Shown: positions 26,469-37,537 of the stretch, piece by piece
Layout of the letters: each line of letters opens with the position of its first letter
Position numbering within the stretch: position 1 is the first letter of the stretch
NCBI RefSeq assembly: GCF_037042905.1
Contig: NC_087251.1
Span: 6,760,001 to 6,824,000, forward strand
DNA length: 64,000 nucleotides
From: Lytechinus pictus
Lineage: Eukaryota
Reading direction: 5' to 3'
Position numbers and translations under genes: made by a program
The notes under the pieces: generated by a model
Told to the model about the DNA's origin: nothing
The model's database searches: none
What the model saw: only the letters and a program-made list of their open reading frames with translations

Positions 26469-29039
26469 AACTGTATTCACACTATTATCAGAGGGGAAGA
26501 GAATATCCCTCAAATCATATGATCTAAACTGCAGAGAACGTTCTCTTCTCTCAATCTCTCAGAGGAAAGAGTGATCCTTGGGTGAATAAGTAATGGGACA
26601 CAGCTGTTTTAATTGAATATTTGCATGCACAGAGTATGTTACATGTTTTAGTGGGGCATGACCGTATGCATATTTTTCTGCAGATGGAGTTTACGGCCAC
26701 GCCCTGCATGGAAATAGTTCCAAATCAAGCAAATGGTCAGCCCATAAGGATGATAATAAAGGGATACTGTCTCTTCCCCTTGAATACTAATGTAAATCCC
26801 TTGTATGTTTTTGCTTGTCCGTTTGTCTCTCTCTCTCTTTCTCTCTAGCCATCACTGTTAAATCACCTGTTTCTCTCCTCCATCTGTCTTCCCTGGGAAC
26901 ATGTCTGCTCACTATCCATCCTCCATCTACTTCAGATTCAGTGAACTTGTTTTCATTGGTCAGAATGTAGGTCAGTTGTGGTCAGTGCCTGGAGATTGTT
27001 ACACTTGCAAGAAGAGGATGGGGCATCAGTAGCTTTGCAAGTGATGGAGATTTGTATGATATAAAGGACTGGACAATTATAGTAGAGAATGGGGAAAATA
27101 TTTTTGCTTATGTTATGTTTAACTGAAAAGCAATTAGAGTTTTAGTGTCAATAGATTTGAAATCAAATGCGTCAAGGGATTTCATTTTTTACTTCATTTG
27201 TGATTTTGCATAGGGTATTTGGAAAATAATGAAGAAAAATTATTATGAATGAAAAGAGCGAAAGGTCCAATATTGAAAATAAACTATGCTCCGGAGGAGA
27301 AGGAAATATATAGACCACATTCACAACCACCACCAACACTATCACCACTCAATGCCACAAACAAAAATCCAGATATTTCTGACCAAAAGGCCTCTGGTAT
27401 GGTTATGGTCACTTCTCAAATATGTTTTGTGGTCAGCTGGTCAGCAGGGGCACTTCCTGATAGTTGACAATAAAACCAGATCTAGATCAAGATGAAAACC
27501 ATATTTGATCAGTAACCTAGGGGTGAACAATGTGCTAATAATCAGTCAAAGTCTCAAAAGATACCTCTCTTGAATGCAATCAAGACCTCTAAATGGCACA
27601 GACCTTGAGTCAACACAAGACAATTCCTTTGTGGCTGCCCTCAGTAAAGCAATTTTTCGGACTATTTGTATAGACCAAGTAACAATTTATGCCCGAAGAA
27701 ACTAGGATGAAAATTTCTCAAAGAATGCCTACATTCAGTATTATAACTGATTATACAGTTTATGCCTATACTATGATATCCCAGGTCATGCTTTACAATT
27801 TAACCTTTCTTAATCAGACACCCCCCCCCCTTAAAAATTGTTAAAAAATAGGGGCATTTCATGTTTGATAGCTTTTGTAGAATGGGTATTGGAGTAGGGT
27901 GATAGTTTTGCAGGAGGAACCCTTTGAAGTCTACCTCTGATCCGATTAGCATCATATTTTCATACCTCATGGTGGATAGGTTCAAGGGAGTTCATATATC
28001 GGCCAGTAGTACTGACCAGACTTGAAAGGTTTCTTCTTTTGTGTATCAATACCACAGTATGTATTAGTGAGATGGGTGAACCAGAAAGAGCTATTAGACA
28101 GTCTACAGCCAACAATGCTTGATTTCAGGTTATTTTTGTTTTATTTTGTCTGGAATCTTTTGGCAGTAATTGATCAAGGAGGAAGTAGAATTGAATAGGC
28201 CCTGATCTTTATCAGACCCAAATCACAGTTGATATAATGTCTGCTTTATTAATAGTTTATATCGTAGTTTTTTTTTTCATATTTAGGCTGTTACATGGTA
28301 ATTCAGCTTTCAGATTTGCTTAGCCACCATGCTGTATCAACCATGTTGATAAATACAATTAAATAAGCTTTTCATTCAAAGAATATAAGTTCAGTTTACT
28401 CCAAATCATTCTATTTTAATTTTAAGATAATTTATCTCCCTTGTCTTTTCTTATTCTGGGATGTTCTTTTAAAGCCTTTGAATGCAAATAGCTGACATTT
28501 TAACAGAATTAATTTTTGAAAGTTCAGAATATTTTTGTGTGTTTAATTTGGTACTGATGAATGCAATGATTGATCACTGACTGGTCATTGAGCAGTGAGC
28601 AGAAGAAGTTATGAATGGATATAGTCATTCATAATCAATTAAGTTGATTCAGATATGGGTCCTTAAGCCTTTGTCAGGTATGATTAAGAAGTCAGATATC
28701 AGCCCCAAGCATTATAGCATAAGCTCTCTTTGGATGTCATGTGCTGGCAGCAATTTCTTTCACCACTGATGATGCATTATAGATTGCCTTCTATGGTTTT
28801 CCATCAAATTGAAAAGTAGCCATGATAATTTGCAATTTCAAGGGGGAGGGGCTGATATACTAAAAGCATACAGTTTAGATTGCCCATAAATGCAATGAAA
28901 CTAAAAATTAATCATCATAAACATCATTGTTTCACTAGCATCTTTCTGTTTCAAATGTTATCACCTATCCTTTCTTGCTCTCTATTTCTATGTACTTGTA
29001 GATAATACTCCTTCATGATGTTACCAGTCTCACCCATTT

Positions 29040-29668
29040 TTATTAGCCCATCCTAGACGGGATGTATTATGGTATCACGCTCGGTGTCCATCCGTCTGTC
29101 CGTCCATCTGTCCGTCTTAACTTTTCCTTGTAAATGCGATAACTTCAGTTTGACTTAACCTAGGCTCTTATAATTTGTTGTGTATGATACTAGCATGAAT
29201 CCCAGGAAGTTTTTTTTATTTTGAGGTCAAAAGGTCAAAGGTCAAGGTCACAGTGACATGCTTTCATCTTACCCTTCTGCAGTCCTTGTAAACGCGATAA
29301 CTTCAGTCTAACTTAACCTAGACTCATATAATTTGGTGTGTATGATACTACTAGCATGGATCCCAGGAAGCCTATTGATTTTGAGGTCAAAAGGTCAGAG
29401 GCCAAGATCACAGGGACATGTTTTCATCTTACCCTTCTGAAGTCCTTGTTAACGCGATAACTTTAGTTTAACTTAACCTAGGCTCATATATTTTGGTGTG
29501 TATGATACTAGCATAGATCCCAGGAATTCTATTGATTTTGAGGTCAGAAGGTCAAAGGTACAGTCGCCACCTTCCACTTCTTGCTTGACCAATAACTACA
29601 TTCTCCGTGTTAGAGTTGGGCGTATTATGTGCTCGCCTTTATGTGCTCGCCTTAGCGACACTCTTGTT
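29040..29668 (+). mobile_element. Helentron-associated HINE/DINE-like element with tandem core
   Basis: T-run flanks and no clear TSD. A 5' short inverted repeat (CCCATC-ctag-ACGGG) is followed by a (GTCC/GTCT)n microsatellite at ~29085-29117. Then come ~2.7 tandem units of 158-160 bp starting at 29126, 29284 and 29444. The 3' end has a subterminal motif GGGCGTATTATG and a hairpin TCGC-ctta-GCGA before CTTGTT. This matches the known DINE-1/pearl/Tsp architecture. Confidence 0.8.
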
Positions 29669-31275
29669 TAAATTCTTGCAATATAATCCTGACTACAAAG
29701 GGTCATCGTTTATAGAAATTCGTTTATAGAAATTCATATATGGCTGGCCCAATCATTTTTCCTTTCTTGCCTTGCCTCGATGGTTCGATGATGTTGACAT
29801 ATCGAACCCCCCCCCCCCCCTCCCTCCCCCCCCTCTCTCTCTCTCTCTCTCTCTCCTGTAGATATGGACAGTTAAGCAGTCAACAGGTCCTTCTACTCTG
29901 TTACATGACCATGACCCAAGGGAGAATCAACTTATACTAGTTTAGGTCAAGAATATTATTCCACACTTCTCAATATCACCATGGATCCTACTCCATGATA
30001 TCACTTACTTGAGTTTCTGAAGTTTGTCACTATATGCCTGCATCATTTCATCCTGGGGTAAGAGAGCGTGTGGTCTGAGAAACAGAAACAAAAGCAATTT
30101 TGCCCTCAACTCATGCTGCTGAGTGTGCTGGTAAATGAAATACAGAAAGAAGTAGGCCTACAAGAGCAAGAGAGTGAGGAGAGATGGTATGAGAACAAAC
30201 AAGGGAAAATGAGTAGGAGGCAACAGAGAGGACAAATTAGAGTTTGGACACAATATTCCTTTATAAGGGAGAGGGGTGGAATTTTTAGAAGATTTGCAAA
30301 AATAAAAATTGATTATCTGACATAACTTCAAAGAAAAAAACACATTTAATCTTATGTAATTCTCATCGTGTTTGGAACTGCAAATCTCAAGAAAAGGAAA
30401 TTGAATTTGAATCGTCTTGAAAAAAACAAACTTTAACTTCTGTATTTCCTACTAGTCTGTAGAACTCATATACTCTTTGACATTAAACAATACATAAACC
30501 TCAATATGGTATCCTTCATTCCAACCTCCCATAATTCCTAGAATCTGTCTGGCAAGGGTTCCATAACCATCCTTGATTATACGCAGTAAAGGGATGCATT
30601 TCTCTGTATCATTATTGGTGATGCCAGTTGTTGTGAGCAATCTATCATCATCTCAAATCAAGCTGAGATGCTTTACAGCCAAAAGGGCAACCTTGAATTA
30701 GGAAGAAGATGCATCATTAGACTTGCTGGTGTCTGGAGTCTGACACTTGGCCATCACCCCTATTATGAAAGGATAGCCGTATCGGTAGTAAGGGTATGGC
30801 ACCCCTCTCTAGCAGGGGTGTATCCAGAGTTTCAGACACCCCATCATCCCGAATATAGGGAATAGGGATGTAGCGTGAATGGAAATAGAGTGTGAATCCC
30901 TTTACCCCTAATATTGAGGATTTTACCAGACTTGGAGAACAATCGTTTGACTGGTAGTAGACTAGAGTATGATACCTGTCATTCTGACCATAGTTTGTAG
31001 CTAAAACTGGTAGTAAAAGAGGACACTTTTCATCCATTTGTAGTTTACCTAGATTGGTAGTAGTGTTAAAATAAGCTATCGTCCCTACATTTGGGGTGTA
31101 TAACCAGAATTAGAGTGAAGTGTGACACCATTCATCCTTGACAGGTGTGTAGCCCAACTTTATAATGGAATATGACACTTCATCGTTGAGTTTAGCCACT
31201 CCCTCATTTTTAACCATAGGGTTTAAAACTGTTATAACACTGGTCTTTGATACATCCTCATCCTCTAATGATTAA

Positions 31276-31669
31276 AGATAAATTCCAGTTTTGGTAACGA
31301 TCTAAAAATGACTTTTTACAGAATCTAATATAATGACCACCTAAGTGTCTGTTTGTATGAATAAAAAATATGTGCCAAAGGATTCTGGAAGAAATTGTGT
31401 AATTGCTGAGAAATAAGCAAAATAAGCGCGGATTCGGTCACTTCCGTCGGGTCTTTATTTTAGCAATAATAATACACTGTCCCACGTGTGCCTATCTGTG
31501 TTGGTGATCTTCAGTGTGAACATTTTTCAGCGTAGATTTCAAGATTTCACAAAGTTCAGTTTATGTAACTGTACCAGATCTAGATCCTCGATGATATACT
31601 GACAATTAAGCCTTGTTTTACAGACTTTCTCATGAAATCAGTGTTTACTGCAAATACTGGAATTTCTCT
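31276..31669. mobile_element. TTAA-targeting MITE, Kolobok-like (394 bp)
   Basis: TTAA TSD (31272-31275 and 31670-31673); 14-bp TIRs AGATAAATTCCAGT / ACTGGAATTTCTCT; CpG-retaining interior. Confidence 0.88.
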
Positions 31670-31690
31670 TTAAAAGTAGAAAGTCAAAAA

Positions 31691-31730
31691 GGGGCCTAAG
31701 CTTTCGATCCTAGCAGAATCTTCGTCGGAG
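31691..31730 (-). ncRNA. Minimal hammerhead-ribozyme-like motif (variant, probably truncated Penelope-like LTR remnant)
   Basis: Minus-strand RNA reads CCGACGA-A-GAUUCU-gcu-AGGAUC-GAAA-GCUUA-GGCCCC. This gives a CUGANGA-like box (U4>C), a 6-bp stem II, the GAAA box, a palindromic AAGCUU mini stem III and a UA cleavage-like site. Confidence 0.55.
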
Positions 31731-34504
31731 TACTCAGGTCAGTCATAGAGTACATTAGGAAAATGCAAATGAATTTGGCCAAAGAGTCATGCAATAAATC
31801 CATGGTATTCCTTCACCTTGAATTATGAGGCTAGTACAGTTCCCAGAACTTGCCAAGAAAGAAGGAATTACCATTGTCTGATAATTGTCATTTCTTGCCC
31901 AATGTCTTCTAACTGGATGTTGATGCTGGTATATCTGTTGAAGCAACTTATATATTTGACAAAGATATTTGCCTTGTCCTGCGCACCCCCCCCCCCCTTC
32001 TCACATATTTTTTGCCATCTTGTACTCCTCCCTCCTTTCAGTTCTGTTGTTTGAAGTTCACTTACCTCATCTATCCACCTGTATATGATTATAATATACA
32101 TCTCATCAATCCCTTTCAATGTTCCAAGGGATACCTACCATCAAGCACCTCTGGTATGTTTCTTCTATTTATCTTGACAACATCCTTGAGTATGTAGCAC
32201 ATTCCAAGAACACTTCACCCCACACATAACCCTCCTGACAAGTGCATGGGTCCTCTTGTATATCAACAGAGACTCTCTGGTCGTCCTCATCATTGGAAAG
32301 CCCCCCCCCCCCCCTCTTAGGTGTTATGCTCTTTCATTCATGGAATCTTACCAATGTTGATATTGATATGTAATGGATGTGTTTGTTCTGTCTTGTATCA
32401 AGTTCTTGTTCCCACGGATATGTATGATGCTGTCATTGCTATTGACCATGGTTGTAACCATGGACAGGTTGTAACTATCTGCTCATATGTCTCTTCCATT
32501 TTATATTGTAACAAAACTAATAGGCTGTGCATCATGTTCTGAAAATAATCTGTGAAATAAGGTGAAATAATGTCAAAAGTCATCCTAAGATGTGAACTTT
32601 ATTTTTTCATTAGAAAGGTTTCACTATTTATTGTGATTGTTATAAACGCAACTACTATAAAGTTTACAGTATTGAAGTAATGTTAATAATGTTTTGCATA
32701 TGCTGACTGATTGGTTTTTCTGAACTAAGTGCCAAGGCTATAGGCCCTATATGAAATTAGTTTGAATTTAGTTCAAAAAGATAAATTAACCTGTAACAGC
32801 AAGCATTACACTTTTTTCTATAGGAATAGCATGGTTCATTTTGTATTCAGGTCATTTTGTTTTCTGGGATGTTTTCATCTTCATATTTTCTAACATAGAT
32901 TGTATATTCTTTCACAAAACATTAATTAAGATGCTGGTATTATAAACATATAGGGCCTATCATATTTCACGGTGTAACCATTCATAAAGGATTCCATGAG
33001 GTTAGTGACAGCCATACGAGTAGCATGTCCTCTTTTCAGGGAATAGTTGAAGGTCTGGAAGTCTTGGGGATCCAGGCATATTTCATTCATTTTTAAGATG
33101 AAAATCATGTTATTGTTATGATTGATAAACATTACTCATAAACATGGAATGATGAGTATTTCTCTGAGGCTTGATTCATGTTTTCTTCATTCCCTGGAGG
33201 AAAGTCCCACCTACCTTCATATTTTGTCGCTGACCTAATATGGTTTCTCCACATCCTTGTTCAGATAACTAACAATACCCTTTTCAAACATTGCAGTTAA
33301 ATTTCAAAAAAGTTTTAGTTCTTTTCAGTTTTCATATTGACGTCCTACAAAGAAGTAAATTATGAAAGTGATATTGGTTTTCATTATTCCACATGATATC
33401 TGACATAAAGAAAAACAATTTCTCAGTTTTAAACTTGTGTGCTGACTCAGACCCTAATTGCATTCTAATCAACAAATGAGTATTAGAAGAGCTCCACATT
33501 CAGCTTGCGGGGCTATTTTCACCAAGCTATGAAACACATTCCTATTTAGCAACAAAAGGCTGAAAATTCAGATCTTTATAAGTGTGTTCAATAAACTTTG
33601 TGTAGGTGTTTGCGAATGGTATGTCATCCATGGCTCAGACATATTGAAAACGATAATTTTTTTACTCAACATTTAGATAGTTATTTAGATATAGAAATAG
33701 AAATCAAATTATCAAACTGATCGGAAAGTATACTCATTAGAGTGTAAATTTTTAAACTGTTTTTTTTATAATATTAGTAACATTATTATTAAATTGCTCT
33801 TGGGATTCATACAAATAATCTATACCTCTCTTCTGTCTTTTTTCTTAAAAACAAAGTATGATTCTATCACAGTTAAAATGAAATAAATGTGATATGTGTG
33901 GTGTGGGAAAGATTTACTGTTCAAGAGTTTTTCTGTAGTGAATAAACTTGACCTGTTGGGGATAAGGGGTCATAGGAGTGACAGATCATATCTTTCTTGG
34001 AAAAGTTTCATTTTCAATGAAAACCGTGGAATGGTGCTAATGTAATCTGTCAAAATCATAAGTAATGTCCTTTTCCTCTTTTCAATTGCAGGGCTTTTTT
34101 TAGCAACTTTCTTTTGTTGTGATTGTATTGTTGGCACGAAAATGTATAAGCTTTCATTCATATGGTATAGTTGGTATTGTGGTGAGAATGAGATGATGGA
34201 TGATGGATTTGCGGTGGGATGAGGGTATGATGGAAGACAGAAGCCTGTGGATTGCATCAAGTCTGAGGTGTTTTTTTCTTTTGAAGGTTCATGTCTTTGT
34301 GATAGAATAGCAACATCACAGAAGTATCCATCATTTTGTCACCTATGCAGCTTTAGAAATGAGGCTGAAGGTTTTATGTGGTGGTGACATGTTTCCGAAC
34401 AACTTTGCATTATGCTTTTATCCACTCCTGACCAGCATGTAGTACTACCGATTTTGCTTTTTTCTACTCCATGTAAAAGTAAAATTTTATAGTATAGTTT
34501 AGTC

Positions 34505-34655
34505 AAATGAATAACATGAATGAATTGAATGAATGAATTGAAGGAATGAATGAATGAATGAACGCATGAATGAATGAATGAACAAATTAATGCATGAATA
34601 AATGAACGAACAAATTAATAAATAAATGAATATTTAAATAAATAAATGAATGATA
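34505..34655 (+). repeat. (GAAT)n/(AAAT)n tetranucleotide microsatellite
   Basis: Seen directly. Confidence 0.9.
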
Positions 34656-35583
34656 ATAGTAATTAAGAGAACACCAATTTTTTAAAACCAAAATCAGTGT
34701 TTAAATGAAATTGATAACACATAAATGCTTGAATGATCGTAGCTTTACATTTATAACCTATCACCAAATATATGTAAAGACCCTGTATCAGGAACGACAC
34801 AACCATTTGTACAATTAATTTTTACTATTTGTCTATGGCAAACCTTTCCCCAAAGAATGTACAATTGATTATAAATATTGATTATTGATAGGCCTATTCC
34901 TTTATGTTACATGACTTGGGTTTAAATTTATATGTAACATTCTAGTCTGTTTGTACATAATATTGTACCAGATGCTGTGCACAATTTCATAGATGATACA
35001 ACATAAATCAAGAGTTAAACTTTTTCTTTGTTACCACTAAATTTAGCACCAAACCTAATCTACATGACTGTTCTCTCTCGGGAATATCGCTCATGGATTT
35101 GAACTTTCATTTCATTCTTATTTTTCTTTCAGTCTGCAAGGTTTCGAGATACCATAGGTCATGGATACCTTTCTCTAAATATGAGATGTTGTGGGAACAA
35201 AGCGTGGGTGATGATTAATGTGTCAAACTTATTATGTTCTTAATCAAATTGAAAGTAGCCTGGGCAGACTTTTGGGAGTGATTGGAAGACCAGAACTGAA
35301 GTCATTTTCTTTTCCACATTACTTGTTTCACTTTTTGTAATGTATAAATCACCATTTGTTTCATCTTTGTATTTGAACAAGGAAGTTTTGCCAAACAATG
35401 ACATTGCAGATGCTAAGTTGGTGGTTTTAAGTCATCTCCTTATACATTTTGTGAGCAATTAATATGACTCTTTTTTTTTTCGAGGTGGTAGGACTAAGTC
35501 TATGACAGTTTTTTTTTTTTTTTTCAAGGGCTGAATACTCAAACAATATTTTTCTTCTATTTTCTTTCTATTTTTGAACACAG

Positions 35584-35617
35584 ATCGGCATGAACCTAGG
35601 CTTAAGTCATTTCATGT
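35584..35617 (+). other. Candidate 34-nt internal exon of an unidentified host gene
   Basis: A long polypyrimidine tract and CAG acceptor (35581-35583) precede it, and a consensus GTAAGT donor follows at 35618. Two frames are open (IGMNLGLSHFM or xRHEPRLKSFH). No homology recognised. Confidence 0.35.
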
Positions 35618-36275
35618 GTAAGTATAAATATGATATATTTTTCTTTTTTATAGATTTGTCACTTTCACTGTATATAGGCCCTAAAACCATTCCATTTCAC
35701 ATCACCAAATGGAACCACTAAAGGTCTGTGGACAATACCTGGGTTGAGTGTGTCATATGTAGATCATTGTCTTGCCAAAGGTCCTCACCCTCCTGTCCAA
35801 AACACCACAACACATCTACATGTAGTCATATTTCAAAAACAAAGCAAACTGCTTCCATAGCTGTATTACTAAATATATGAACTACAACTGTAAAATATCA
35901 ACAGTGGCACTGGTAGGGGCCATCATTGGTATAACTTTGATATGGAGAAAGGAAAACTTTAAAAGAAAACTTCATGAAATATTATTGAAGTTGAAAATAC
36001 TTATTGAGGGTGTACATTTTGCCATAGACAACCAATACATCAAACCATGGACCATGTCTAAAGCAGACCCTGTACTGGATGTTTTGGGATTGATGTTAAA
36101 GGATGGAGGAGTTACCATGGTGAAGCCTGAATCCATGATAATACCTGGAGGAACTCTCTCTGCTCAGGTGTTTAGAGATGAGATTTAGGAGTGTGGTTCA
36201 GGATTAGATGAGGTGAGAGGTGGGTTCCGGTGAGGATTGTACAAACCTTGATAACTAGGTCATTGGATTCACTCT

Positions 36276-36443
36276 GCTTATTCACACCTGATGATCAGGA
36301 AAGAAATACCTGATGGTATTTCCTGATTCCAACATGATTGGAAAGTACCTTGTATTTTACCAGTGTGAAAGTAAAGTTCTTGTAATATCCCCAAAATGAA
36401 ATATCATACAAATCAAATATGTACCACTGGTGTGAATCTGAGC
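36276..36443. mobile_element. Degraded MITE related to the 6614-7086 element
   Basis: Imperfect termini GCTTATTCACACC / GGTGTGAATCTGAGC. The interior AAAGTACCTTGTATTTTACCAGTGTGAAAGTAAA...TAATATCCCCAAAA aligns by eye with 6684-6745. Confidence 0.5.
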
Positions 36444-37399
36444 GGTGAAGCTATTGTTCGGGGGATGATCTACTGTGTCATCCCCCCATACTTGATTAGT
36501 ATGGCATCACAGATTTATATGGTATGTACTTTTCAAACTTCAGTATGGAAATGATTAAAGAGAGGTGAGGTGCAAAAGCCTAAAGAAAGTGCATTCTGCT
36601 TTAGAGAAAGTCTTGTTGCAAAAGCCAATAAACTATGTGAAACTTCATTTAAAGCAGGCATGGTGACTACCAGAATGTTCTGAGCACACAAAAGATTAGA
36701 GGGGCAACCTGTTATGTGTCTTGTCCTTGAACATCTTTGTCTGATCTGGGTACCATTTCATGTAAGCTCTGACATGTTGTCATTCTCTGATAGTTACCAT
36801 AGGAACAGTCAAAGAACGGTGCTTCTCAGCCAATCAACACCAAGGATTTCACTTACATGGTCAGTGCTGACTACTTTCATAAAAATGCCCCCTCCACCCC
36901 CAGAAGGTTCTGCCACCACTATTCAGTTAGGTATGAATTTTCAGAGTAATTATCAGACTTGAAAAATATATTATATTTTTCTTGATCGTGTAGGTGTGAA
37001 AACCACTTCCTTCTGGATGATATCATCCAAGAAGGTACAACCCTTATTCCTCTAGGCCTCTAGAACCCACACATACAGGATGGTTATTTAAGCTAGCAGA
37101 AATGTTCAGACTTATCTCCCCTATCAGAGCAAATCAATCAAGGATAGATTCCTACTATCTTTTAAAAGATCAGCACATTCAACAGGATAGTAACAACAAA
37201 AGTGCCAGAAGTGTGTGGGAAGAGTAACTTTTGTTGAATGAAAATGAGGTCAACCTTGGATATTCTACCAAAATTAATGTCAAATTCAATATCTGTATCC
37301 TAACTATACTTAATGTCTTTGAGATATGATGTCACATGAATTGACAAACAAGTTCATAAAGAAATAAGCAGCTTTAAAGCAAAACAAATTTTGATACAT

Positions 37400-37537
37400 T
37401 TAACCAATTCATTAGTTTGATTCTGTAAAATAATCAAATGGTTCTCCAAGTAATTTTTTTATCAGAATTAACCAATTCCTTAGTTTGATTCTGTAAAATA
37501 ATCAAATGGTTTTCCAAGTAATTTTTTTTTATCAGAA
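37400..37537 (+). repeat. Tandem duplication, 2 x ~68 bp
   Basis: TTAACCAATTC...TTTTATCAGAA starts at 37400 and 37468; the copies are nearly identical. Confidence 0.95.

Noticed and set aside
35877..36188. 103-aa ORF with a hydrophobic N-terminus
   Set aside because: No recognisable domain, no splice support, and a length compatible with chance in 64 kb.
36286..36326. CTGATGA...GAAA hammerhead-like core
   Set aside because: No stem II or stem I; the hairpin is explained by a decayed MITE's internal palindrome.
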